Source of the DNA: Thalia democratica
Taxonomy: Eukaryota
Direction of reading: 5' to 3'
Assembly (NCBI GenBank): GCA_965202585.1
Contig: OZ241831.1
Span: 41,602,001-41,666,000, forward strand
DNA length: 64,000 bases
In this document: positions 34,954-48,600 of the stretch, piece after piece
Position numbering within the stretch: the stretch's first letter is position 1
Layout: the number at the start of each line of letters is the position of its first letter
Program-made: the position numbers and the translations under genes
Notes under the pieces: model-generated
The model's database searches: none
The model's input: only the letters and a program-made list of their open reading frames with translations
Told to the model about the DNA's origin: nothing

Positions 34954-37952
34954 TTTTTAAGGAAGCTTGGCTTGTTACTTGTAAAAGACTGCTGACACCT
35001 GTTTGTATACTAGTTTTTAATTTAAACATAATATTTTAATTATTTAGATCAATCAAATATTACGACAAATATCTCTACTACAGGGTTTTCAAAACTTTTT
35101 TTAAAAAACCCCTTTAAAGAAGTTAAAAAAGCTATGGCCTCATCCAACAAGATTTTTCGAAAAACTACCATTAAAAGCAATTAATTTTTTTTAGCTACTT
35201 AACATCAACTTTTTGACTAGTAGTTGTAACTTAGATAAAGTATTTATGTTACTGTTAAATATAAAAAGGTAAAAAAAGCTACACTAACAATTCAACAACG
35301 ACTGAATGTTTCGGGGAGAACCTGTAGATAAAAAGCCACTCAAGGGTTTGATCTGGACAAAGAAATGAGGAAATCTTTTACGAATGTAAGGGGTTGCTGC
35401 TAAGTAGAGCGATAGGTTGCATTTCGACTGAAATGATGCAATATAAGACGTAACAATTGGATGAATAGCAAACTTCGACTTAAAAGATGAAAAAGATGAC
35501 GTAACAATTGAAAATCTTCGTAATTTTAAAATGACACAATACTGGCAACTTTGTTCCTTACATTACGGGAAGCGCGCTGCATTAAGCAAAACTAAGCTTT
35601 TATGCCAAAATTATTCAAGAAAATTAGCTTTCCTTTTGGGGAAAATTTACTTTTGCGCTGAAACTTCATACACTTTAACTGGGTAAGCTGTCAAATTTGC
35701 ACGAGCGTACAAAATTGCACGAGTGCACAAAATCGCTAAAATAAACTTTTGCACGAAGACACTATGCACGAGGGAATAAAATTGCACGACAATACATTTG
35801 CACGGGTTATTTTTTTCTTATTTAATTTATTTTTTTTATTATCACTTTTTACCCTAACGCTTACCCTCGGTCGAAGAATCGAAACGTAGATGCCTAATAA
35901 AGTTTTTCATACTGTAATGAAATCAATATTTGATTTTATTATTTTAAATAAATAAGTTAAAAAGGAGTTTTTTGTTTCGACGGCGTAAAACATTCATAAT
36001 TCTTAGAAATAAGTTATTTTAAACCGAAAACAATAATGAGCTTTCTGAAAACAATTTTCCAAGTTTTTAAAACATCATTGTTTACTCGAAGAAGTTAGTT
36101 TCTTTCCAGTGCGTGTATATTGGTGTTTGTGTTTCAAATACGCGTTAGTTAGTTAAGTTTTTGTGCGTTTCGTACGCCGTCTTAAGTCACGATGATGATC
36201 AACGCAACATCAAGTTAAGTTCAAGCCAATGAAGTAAAATCTACATCGAAAAAAGTATACGTTTTCTAGTGAAGAATAAGTTACACATTGTCAAGCAACC
36301 AGAACACCTAGTCGTGTCTAAGAACATGAATCTAAACGAGTTCCTTGATCGAACAATTCATTGTCGAGACCATAAGTATTTTTGCATACATTTTATTATA
36401 ATAGACCATTTGTTTATTAACTAATACAGTTCTTTCTTGAGTTTTAAAATGCTACTTGACATTAATTCATAGAGCGTTTCAATCATGACTTGGTAACAAG
36501 TTACTTTAAGTTTTGTAACTTTAGTATTGTAAGCTGCTTTTAAGTAAAGCAGTCAGTTTAGCTTAAGTACTTAGAAACCATGTTTAAGACGATAAACATA
36601 ATCAGTTTAATAAATATTGTTCTGTGGTTATAATACTTTACTATGTTTTCAATAATATTTAATTCAATCTAAAACGATGTAAAAAATGTTTATCTTTAAG
36701 AAGTAGCAATAATTGGGTTATAACTTAACAATACTAAATACAAAAAAAAAAATTGTTTAAAAAATAATGAAGATTAACAGTTGTACTCCAAAAGCAAAAA
36801 ATAAAAAAAGGATCAAAAAAAATATATGTTTGTTAAAAATAAAATCTATTAAAAGGTATAGAAAATTTATATGTATAAATTTTTTTTGCCCTTATAACTA
36901 TATTTTAACCACTAAAAATACACCTAAAATTGAGTTTTTATTCTTAATAGTTTAAGTTTACTAGTTGTATAAAAGGTTTTTTAATTTGGTCATAATAGGA
37001 CCCGTAATTAACCTGTTTTCAAGGGCAAACTCTTATTGTCTTGTTTTGTCGAAACCATGTTACAAGGTTTTATAAAAATTTCGTAATATTATCTTTGGCG
37101 GGCCGGATTTCACAATGTGCTTTTTTCACATTTTATATTGTAAAAACGTGTTGCAAATTTATCTAATTTTTTTTTCGTACTGATTGTTTAAGACGTTGTG
37201 GTTAGTTTTAACAAGTTACTGATTTTATTTTGCTGAACTATGATTTTTTTATTCTATTTGAAAATTACTTCTATAATGTCTTAAAATAAATTATAAAAGT
37301 TATTGCTAGTTGCTTATTTTACAGAACTAACTGCACGAAAACTTTTCTCTATAGTTATTTTATTTAATAAGTAATATTATATATATTAAAACCTTAGAAA
37401 CCAATCATAGAAAAAAAATAAAAGGACTTCTTAAATGATAACAAGTGTTATGCAGAAATTTGAGACATGATTAAATCAAAAACATAATTATTTAAACAAA
37501 AAAGTAAAATGGATTTTAAATAACACTTATCAACTACTAGTTTTTATGATTGTTGTTTGTCGCTTATTTTATATATTTATCGTATTTTTTGTTTTTATTT
37601 TTATACGTTTGCTTATCTTAGTTAAATTACTAATCAATTTATCTATAATTATGTAATTATAAACTGGTAATCTGTCTCTAATTGATTTTGCTTAACTATG
37701 CTAATTAGTATTAATTGAATATTTTCTAATTAAACCTCTAAATGTTTATTTACTCAAAATTTATCTTTAAAATTAGTTGCTAACAAAAGAAGTTGATAAT
37801 TATTAGCTAAAATCGATTTTACTTGTTTGTTTATAAAAATATTTTTTTAAAGGAATCATGTCTCAAATTTCTAATTAACATATGTATTACAAAAAAGTTA
37901 TATAGTAGCAAGTAAAAATAATTATGTTATGTTTATTTTATAATTTGTACGC

Positions 37953-38908
37953 TTAATTTTTTTCGGTCTCTAGTGACGTATTTCTCGATAAGCAGTTTTT
38001 TGAATTACACGCACAATCAAAATCACGAAAATACCCTTCTCCGTACCAAATGAAGAGTTGCTCACTAGCTCTGATAGCTTTTTTGCTGATGATAAAGTTC
38101 CTAGGAATTCCATTGATCAGAGCGTACTCTGTCCTGCAATTTAATTTATCTTCGCAATCGTGGTTAATGAACCTGGTATGGTTGCCCATTGCGCCCGCGT
38201 CAATATCAAAATTCGTGCATGTGCTGAAATAGTAGTTGGTAGCCCCTTTATTCTCACGCCACCTTTTAGTCTTTTCTTCTTTTGAAATAAGCTCGCCTGT
38301 ATACTCTCCTATTATTGAGTCTGAAAATCAACAAATAATAAGTTTAATATCCAAGCTAGTAGTTTAATTTAAGAATTATTTAGTCAAAATTTTCATTATA
38401 ACAAAAAAAAGTTGTACATTGAAAAAAAAGTTAAACAATGAAACTTACTTGCTGGTATAGCATGCTTAGCGAACAGCCCACGGCCCATTTTACCACTAAG
38501 ATTGTCCACATAAAAATGTTTTTCAGGATCGTCAAGGCAGTCATGATTGAACTTTTTTAAACTATCCAGTTCAATAAAAGAAGCTACATGTTTTATCTCA
38601 TCCAAATAAGTATCGCTTCCAATCACGAGGTGGTTCGTCCAAACATGATGCTTCTCTGTATTGAAATGATAGTAAGGATCAAAAACGTCGTCAGGCCCTT
38701 CCTTGAATGTCCTTTTAACTTCGAATTTTCCCTCCAAAGCAATTTTCTTCCATTTTTGCTTGCTTGACGATCGTATTTTAATGCTGAGTGGTGCAAATTT
38801 TTTCAACGTATTCCTGATTGGAACACTTCTTATAACGGCCTTCCTTGCTGTCTGCTTTTTGTAGCTTTTTATTCCTGATTGCTTATAAAAACTTGTTTTT
38901 ACTGGCAT
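37953..38908 (-). CDS. SET + post-SET gene B copy 2, 275 aa; exons 38908-38449 and 38320-37953
   Basis: Same structure with a GTAAGT donor. Intact frame; 14 aa differences from copy 1 by hand count. Confidence 0.9.
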
Positions 38909-41791
38909 TTTATAGTTGAGAAATTTAGCATATAAATGACTATAAATATGTTAGATAAGTAATTTAAGAAACTTATACTGTTATAATATATTTTATATCC
39001 GCAGTATGTATCATAAGTTTATCTAAAGCTTGAAAATTTCGAATGATACTTCAACCTTTTTCATATAAACCAGGAAAAACAAATGAGTTATTAGATAAAA
39101 ATCTAAAACATTATACATAAAGAGTAATATACCAGATTTTATAAATAAAACAAGTTATTATTAAATTGAGTTTTAGAAAATTCTGAATTTTAAAATGTTA
39201 TTATACCATACCTGATTCCCACATCAACAGTTTTTTTTTTTAAGTGTTAAATAAACAAATTAAAATAGCAACTATTATCAAATCCCTGTAAAAGATGATT
39301 AATAATTGATTAAGAAAATGAAGGTAGAGATGGATACCGAACTCAGATACAAAAACCAAGTTGTAAGAAATGCAAGAAATGATAATAAACTATCAACCTA
39401 GGAAAAGATAATTGTCAATTAGAATATAAAATGCAATTGAAGCTTACAAAAAAAGAATAAGTTACAGCAGATAATGAAAAATAAACAGCAGGTCTTATCA
39501 GTAATGAGAGAAAAAAGTATACTGTGAATCATTGCTAGTGAAACTGCAAAGCATGAAAAAAATCTGTTATCTAATGTTAACAAAATTGAGAACTTTCAAA
39601 GGAATTTCAATTTTTAAACACAGGGTGTATCAATTGAAAGATAATGAGAAATCTAAAAATACTAACAAAGTATTACTAGAAAATAGTATTACTGTTCAAC
39701 AAATTTATTTAATATTATTATTAATTTAATAAAGTGTTGGAAGGAACAAAAAAGAAAGTTAATAAAATAATAAACATTTATAAAATTAAACTTGTTAAAT
39801 ATAACAACTTTAAACAAAATGACTGTTCACTTGACTTATTATATATATACACTCCTAAAACATAAATCTAACAACAAATATAACTACATAACCTGAAACT
39901 TTATCTATACTAAGTTAACTTAACACTAACCTTAACAACTGAAAACAACTTTTTTTATGTTCGCATGCGTGTAATTGAACATTTGTGGTTTGTGGTGTGA
40001 CCTCAGAACTCGAGACAACACTGTTGGGCATAGTATTTTGAGAGAATTTAGGGTTTTATAACCCGCGACGAGTTCAAAAGACTTTTTTGCTTAAATAATT
40101 TTCAAATGTTTAGGCTAACCCAGAACATCGACACCTTGTGATGAATTTCCCGTATTTTTTTTAAGTCTTGTTTTTCTAAAAGCGAAATGGTGCAATTCCG
40201 TGGATTTGAACTTACCAGGAACAAAAGAACTAGAAAAAACTTACCAGGAATAAAAGAAGGCAGGGATATAAATCTAAAAAAAGTAAAGAAAACATTTAAT
40301 GCTAAAGTTTAATATAAATGAGGTTAAAATTAAACTATGTTTCTCAATAACAGAGTTTTTATTTGTTCTCTTTCTAACAATAAAATAAACAAAGAATACT
40401 TTTCAAGTGAGTCATATGATTTTTTAAATTGTTTTTTTCGAAATACTTTTTAATTTTTGTTATGATCAATATAAAGCTTTTGATAGTAATAGTGGTATTC
40501 TAATTACAGAACTTAATTTTGATATTGAGACTGGACAAACTTTTGTTAGTTCACAATACATATCTAGTAACGTTAATCCATTTTAGTTTATAGTAAATGA
40601 AACTGAAAAACTACAAATATAATAAGATAAAACAAATCTTCCTAAACAACAGTGTTTAACAGTTACTTGCATATAAAAGATTTTAGAAAAGCTTAGCAGT
40701 AACATAATAGAATCGCTGGAAACAACTAGTGTTGATATTAAAGTAGCCTTCAGAACAGATTTAGTTGGAAACTATTTCTCATTGAAAGATCGAATGGATA
40801 AATTTTACAGGAGTTGCATCGTTTACAAGTTTCAATGTCCGGGTGACCTGGATACCCAATTCAAGTATAACTCTATAATAAAAAAAATAAAAATAAAAGT
40901 TAAAGGGAAAAAATGTACCAGATAAAATATTTCTAAAGTTTAACTTAAGGTAAGTTCTAAACCTAGGATATCTAAAGCCGTGTTTACATTTACAAAATAA
41001 ATAATAAGCTATTCAAAACTATTTGCAAAAACAGTTTTAAAAGTCAAGTAAAGGTAAAACATAATAAAAAACTGAGAAATAAATTAAAATATCAAAATTA
41101 GTCTAAAAAACATACTTTGAAACAAACATTCTAATTAACATAAATCAAAACACTCTTAAATAAAAATTAAATGTATTTTTTTAAATTTAAAGAGTTATCA
41201 ATGAAATATGCAACAAAAACAAAAAGAAAACTACTTCCTACTTAAAATTTAAATAAATAAAGTTGTTTTCAAAGCTAATTGATATAGTTTATAAACATAA
41301 CACAAGATTTGCTTATTAGTAAACAGACATGTCAGTAACATAAATCAATCAAAAATAATGCAGTAATATAAAATACAGCAGAAACAGTTTCATCTGGTAT
41401 GATGCGATAAATGTTGAAGTATATAACGTTACAAAAATTTAAACTCAAAGAAAGCCAGTAGTGAGGATTAGATATCAGTCAAATTCTTAAAAAAGGCAAC
41501 ATTGTATCTCTAGTAACTAAAAAAAACTAATTAGTCAGGTATCCTGTGAAACTAAATATCCAAATAGTTTAAAAGTAGCAAAAGTAATACAAATACTCCA
41601 GTCAGGCTCAAAAACGTTAACAAGAAAATATAGATTATAGTTCATTTTATCTAATTTAAACAAATCTACAATAAAAACTTATACAATAGTTCCATAACAG
41701 TTTGTAAATTTATTTACTAAATACAATAACCAATTTTTTTTTCAGATCAGGCTAGTCTACCACCTTAGCTTTTATTCTTTAGCTTTTGAAC

Positions 41792-42510
41792 TATCTTGCT
41801 TATTTACGCACATTGTGTCCACAGAAAAAATGCGTAAAGATATGAGAGATCGTAAAGATACGAGAAGTACCAAATATACTTACTGTATTGGATGTTTTTT
41901 GACACTTGTTTACTTTATTTATAAATATGAAAATAAACTATACATATATTAAAAAGAAGGATTTAAATTTATAAAGAATAATAGTATTTGTAGAAAAATT
42001 TTACTAATTTTAATAATATGTATATTTTACCTTTATCTTTATTTATATGAGACTTATTTGATACTTAACATTTGTATTCTATTTTACTTAGCGAATTAAA
42101 TTTATAATTAAGCATTTGTTTTCAATTAAGAAATGGTGTTGGCAAGAGTGTTGTAGTATGTGTTTGTGTTTTAAAGTCTCATTATTTCATTATACTTTCA
42201 TTATTTAACACAGTCATATTTCTTTCAGAGTTTTTATTTAATCTCTTATTGTTAACAAAATTTCTTATATATTGAGGTATAACTAAATGTTTATTAATTA
42301 GTCAAGGAACATAAGTTTACTAAGTCTAAAGATGTAGAGTGGTGAGTTAGCATTTAATAATATATTTTAAATTAAAATTATACAATAAATCTAATTTGTG
42401 AAATATTAAAAAATACTAGAATTTTTATTTTTTGAATTTTTTAGAATTTTAAAATGCGTAACTAAACGAGAGTGCGTAACGTCACGAGTGCGTAAAGATC
42501 CGAGAGGATA
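41792..42510. mobile_element. ~720-bp MITE-like insertion present in unit 2 but absent from unit 1
   Basis: Imperfect inverted ends TATC..TTTACGCAC / GTGCGTAAAGATCCGAGAGGATA. Unit 1 at about 20045-20055 lacks it. Confidence 0.6.
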
Positions 42511-44540
42511 TTGTAATTGAAGAAGCTCTATATTAATTTATTATAGGTAAAGCTTAATTTAATGATCAGTTTTACTAGATGTAAGTAAACTTTTAAATCT
42601 TGATAGTGTTAGTAGAGAAGTTTTGTTTAAAACTTAGATTTCTATAGCAGTGGTATTCAAGCTAATCAAGTTTTGTGTACACCAACCTGAAAAAAAACAT
42701 CGGTTTGTCCCAAGATATAATTTTTAAAAGCGCCGCTAGTGGTGGGTCTTCGTAAAATTTTTTAGTAACATGTTTCTCTCTAAAGCGATATCTTAACTTA
42801 TGTTGTGATACTATTATTTATGTTAATGAGATATGTTTTCATTGAACCCACTAGCGGCGCTAATATATCATAATTAAGTTTATTTCTACATGCAAACCTT
42901 TTAATAACTCAAGCTGAATCTTGTTATTTAATCCTAATTTAAATGTACTTTTCTATTTGGTTTGCCTTATTTTTACAATGAGATTTTAGTTATATGGTTT
43001 TGTCTTACATAAATATCATTTGAACACATCTTCGCAACCACTACAAATCCCCAGTAGAGTACTTTTAAAATATTTTATTTAACATTAACTACATACTTAA
43101 ACTAATTCTATGTCTTTAACTTTTTGTGTATTACCTACTTCAAAAAATGATATTCAAACAGAAAAATAACACATGAAAAAGGAGTTAAAAACAGATAAAT
43201 TCTAAATTATGTATATGTTGTTGCTCTCCGTACAGTTGCTGTAGACATTGTTTCTTTCATAGACTAAATTTTTGCACTTCAAGAAGTTCAGGGTTGTATA
43301 TGATTGTCACTTCTTTCTGGTAAAAAAACTAAAACCTGAAAATTGAAAAATGTTTTGTTGTGAAGTTTATTACATATAACTAGTACATACTATACTATAA
43401 GTTTTAACTAGGCTTAGCATTTAATATAGAGTTTTTCACTCTTTCAAGTAAAAAAGCAATTCTGATTGACCTACAACCAGTTTGTATTTCTTTAAGCTAG
43501 TTTAAAATAAGAAAATGTTTATCTATGTTGGCTAAAAACTCAATATCAAATTAAAAATCATATGTGAATAAAACAGTAATTAACTCAACAAATACTTAAT
43601 TGAAAAAATAGTTTAACATTCAGAAAAATATCAAACTAGTCTAAATTTAAATTAGCTTTTACTAAATGCTACAAACTGTTACTCTATATGCTACTTATGC
43701 AAACTTTGGATGGTATTAGTGAGGATATTTTATACTAATGAACAAATACACAACTTAACAATAGTATAAAGGACATCATGTTTAAAAAATACTTTAAAGG
43801 GAGACAAATCCATAACAAAGATTTTAAATCTGAGATAATATATTTTAAGAAATGTAAGCCTAGACCAGGGGTCGGCAGGCAGTTTGTGCTCGCAGGCCAA
43901 ATTTCGAGTTTCAAAAATTTTAGTGGGCCGCAGTTTTGGTTTTAGTGATATGCAAAAAATATTATGGTTCTAGTTTTATTAACAATTTTAGGTTACTTTT
44001 ATTCAGTTTGTTGTTTTAAAATGATTTTAGCTACACATAGAATACCTAAAAAACTTATAAACATTTATTGGAATCAAAATTTCATTGACTAATATAGTTT
44101 AGTCTTAATAAACCATGTAATATTTAAACAGTTAGTAGGTTTAATTTACTGTTTTGTAGATAATAAATTATAGTACTAAATAACTTTTAAACCTAGCTTA
44201 CAATACCTACAAACAGAATTCAAAAAGAAGAGAGCGGTTTGTTAAAAAAATAAAATTAAGAAATTATTTATATCTAAGTGTACTTCGACATAACTAGTTT
44301 TTTTTAAATTTTAGTTTAAATTAAGTAAATAATGAATTGCCACGGTTTGGATTTGCAGCGTTCTTTTGCCTTTTCATGCAAGCTGTCTGTTGAAAATGGT
44401 ATCTGTTCTTGAGTCTTAGTACGTACTTTACGAGAGTGCGTACCTGCTCTATGTATGTAGTGTAGCTGGTAAACTTTATATACAATGAGCAAGATTAATA
44501 CAAGGATAAATAAGTGCATGTGATGAAAAAAAGAATAGTT

Positions 44541-45605
44541 TGACTCTCTTGAGGTAGCCAAAATACAATATTTTCAACAGCAACATTTGAGCATCATACG
44601 CGTATACATAGTGTTACACTATTAAGAGAGGCACTTGTAGTGTGTCAGAAAGCGAGCTGACGACCTAGTCAGCTTAGGGATTTTACAATGTAAAGCTACA
44701 ACGAATAAATCCCTAGACGTCTAAGCGGGTAGACGTCGTGAAGGCGGGTTGTGTGTTAGTGTGTTTGCAGGCATACAGATTATAGCTTGAGTCGACTTGG
44801 CCGTCGACTCGAGCTAGAGTCGAAAGACCGCAGCTAGGCGATCAAAGGTCGTATAGCAGACCTCATTGAATAAGCACGAAGGGAACGTAAAGCGAGAGCA
44901 AGGCACGTACCGTCCTAAGCAAGCCGTTAAGCATAAAAGCCGCACTCTCGCAAGGCAGTATATGAACGAGCTCTGACATGATTCAGCCCAGTTGAAAGTA
45001 CGTTTGAGTGCAAAGATGAATTGATTAAGGAATGCATTTCTAGAAGTGAAGCTTCGGACGGGCGACTGAAGCAGAGTAGGCGAGGTACTAGAAAATGCGA
45101 AGGTGTAGCACTCAAAATGTAACATGTAAAAAAGCGGCATAATCTCATGGTCGCTTTCAAAGTCAGAGGTCAGTTGAAGCGAAATGTTTTGGAAGGGAAG
45201 CAGGAGCTTCGAGAAAACATTTGTAAAACAGCGGGAGGTCTGTTTTTTCGAAAAGTTGTTGAAAATGAATTTTTGGGTTGTGAGAAGGGTGGAGAGAATA
45301 AAGAAAGAAAAGTTGGAAAAATTTTGAGCAAAAAAGCCGTCCGAATTCGCCCGCGGGCGAATTCGGACGGCTTTTTTGCTCAAAATTTTTCCAACTTTTC
45401 TTTCTATAATTTTTCAAAGGTGTTCGACAAAAGTCGAACGCCTTTTTTTTACCCAAAATTTTTTTTGGCTACCTCAAGAGAGTCAGAGTTTTTTGCCTAG
45501 TACTATATATTTTTCAAAGGTGTTCGACGAAAGTCGGATGCCTTTTTTTTACCCAAAAATTTTTTAGGCTGCCTCAAGAGAGTCAGAGTTTTTTCCCTAG
45601 TAATG
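44541..45605. other. Second copy of the unclassified structured element
   Basis: 22076-23140 shifted by 22465; ORF-track entries are identical. Confidence 0.7.
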
Positions 45606-48600
45606 ATTATTTTATCAATTTCACTGATGTCTTAAATTTTGAACGTTGCTGCCGAAAGGTTAGCACCATTATTTTTTATATATAATTTTGATAAAAAATG
45701 TTAGAGTTTTTAAAATTACAACTATCAATAGCCTTATTAGAGAAATGTAGAAAATATTTTTTACTTTTGATACTTATAATAAATTAAGATTTAATTTATA
45801 AAGATATAATCAAAACAATGATAGTAAAAAGGCTTGTTTGTTATTTGAAATATGTAAGATAAAAATATTACAAATTAAACTTTATATTTCAGGTTAGAAC
45901 TTTTATATTTCAAATTGAAAATAAGTTTTAATGTTCTTAACAAAATTACGCATTGAAATTTTCAACATTTTCACGTTTCTAAGACATGCTTTATTTTTTA
46001 ATAAAGTTTTAAACTAATGGGAATTTACTTACAAACGAGAACTATAAAAGTAAGCATGCCAAAAAAAAAAACTTAAGCACGTGTACATATATTACTTAAC
46101 CTGATAAGATAATAAATCCAATTGTACAAACAAAAACAAACTAAACTCGTATCTGTGCCAACGAACAACTATGTCAAAAAGAAAATTAAAAGTGTTGTTT
46201 TATAATTAGAATTTTTTTTTGTATCTGACACTTAATGAAGCAAACTGTTTAATTCAACGTTGATACTCTTTTTAGTACTTGTGTGCAGTTTTCTATATAG
46301 TTTTCTATACAATAAACAAATTTTTAGGTAGCAGGCATTTTGATTAATTTTGTTAAACGTTTGTAATTCATTTAATTTGTTCTTAAAAATAAAAGAATAT
46401 GGTTTAGTTTGTTAAATAAAACGACAAAAACCGATAAAACATTTAGTGTAGTTGAGAAACAAGTAGCTTATGTATAAAAACGATTTATGTGATTCAATCA
46501 TGTAATTTAGTTTAGTTAACATAAGGCATATTTAAGTATAGACAGCTATATGTAACTATACTGATTTTGTTTGAGTCAACTATCATAGACAAGTTCTCAA
46601 TTAATGAAAAATAAAGATACTTCACATTTTTTTATACATGCGCAAGTACTTGGTAAAAACTTTAAATAACTAAACAAAAAGCTTGCGAAACATAGGCTAC
46701 TCCCACAACTGATTTCTGAATACAATCTAGTTTCGTTTAGTTTTCTTTTATCGCTCGTTTTATTTATTTAATTATAAAGTTTTAAGTTTTAAACTTAAAA
46801 CTTATCGGCTCGTTAACCATTGTAAAACCATGTGGTGTACGACTCGAAAACCGAAAAGTTCTTTCGAATACCAGGTCTTTAGAAGAAACTTTTTAATGCT
46901 TTTTTTGCGGTTCAACGAACAATAAAAAATTGAAAAGGGAAGGTTAAAAAAAAGCTACTAGACGAAGTGGTCTAACGTTTTCACGCGTTGTCAAACTCTT
47001 GTAATCAACATATTTTTCTCTATACTTAGCTAGACGCTCAAAAATGTAACGGCGACTTTTGCGAGACTAAGTGTCTGTTTCCATTATATGATCATTAAAA
47101 ACTTCACTTTCAGCTAAGTTTACTTATAGAATATGGTTTTATAAAAGCATGTCTTGGTAGTTAATTATTTTGATTTAAGTAAAGTACTTGACAAATACAG
47201 GTATTTCTCATAAAACTATTCGCAGATTTTTGACAATTACGGACGACGCAAGTTGATTTTACGAGAAAAGCTATTGAAAACAGAAAAAAAGTCTAATAAA
47301 AGAGATGAGTACAAATTATATTGAAAATAAGAGGTATACTCATTTAGACATTTTGCAATAGCGTTATGAACGCTTTTCAACAATCTATCTGGAGTATTTT
47401 AAAGTTATGTAATTTAACATAATCTAATGAACGTAAAGATAACTTATGAAAAATATAAAAATCAACAAACGTGCGAAGATTTAAAACTGTAAACTTTGAA
47501 AAACCGTCTTTTTTTACGATCAAAGTTAAACACAATATTTTATTTAAACAAAGCGTCATGCGACTAAAATAAAGCAAATTTATAATTTAAACAAAAGAGT
47601 CGTTAATAATATAGCTTTGGTAGTTACAGCACAACACCTATGACAGAACTACTCTTATATATCTTATACTACTTAAACAACGATTACTTGTCGAATTTTT
47701 TCATGATATTAAGGTACTTCATAAAGAGAAACATATTACAAAATAGAAGCAAATTGATTTAGTGACATTTAATTTTATACTCGTTTAATCAAAACTAACA
47801 TTTAAACGGTTAAATATGTAGTTGCTATCTTGCATAGTTGGTCATTTCATGCAGTTAGTTTTTGTATATGAACTGAAGAAAGACCTAAATAAAAATATCA
47901 GAAGCGTTATCTTTTACAAAGCTTGAGCTTTATTTAATACGCAAGTGAAAACTTCCAACAAGAAACAAAATCAAATACTAAAACTATTAAGAAAGGTTGA
48001 TTTAGAAATACATTTATTTTAAGAAAACATCTGTTTAATGCTCATTCCGAAGTCAATACACTGCGAAGAACAGTCCTGGACAAAAAATTTATGTAACTGT
48101 GGCGTATTAGTTGATAACCGAAAGGTTTTTCGTACACCAGGTCCTTAGATCAAACTTTTATTGAGTGTTTCTATCGACGTTCAACAAACTGACTGTACAT
48201 ACGAACTAACTTCCAAGCATGTATAAAAATTTTGATATATATATGGCAAGTTTCCTTCAAGTTGCGTAAACAAGTCGAACATTTGTGTAATATATTTATT
48301 AAACGGTAATAAAAACTATGCAAGCTGTGTTAGTATAAGTGTCACTATATAATATTTCAAGAAAATTGCAGCTATACTCTGATAAATCACTTATTCGGGT
48401 AAAAATAGTTTTTTCTCAAAAACTCGATTTCATTTTATCTTTACAAGAATTCTGGACATTATGAAAAAGTTGCTTTTAAATAATGGTGATGCTTTAAAAA
48501 ATATATATACTTAAGTATATTATCCAATAATCTATTGTGTGTGTCTTAAGATATTTCTCTTGATAAAGATGCCCTCATAAATATCTTATTTTTAATACAA

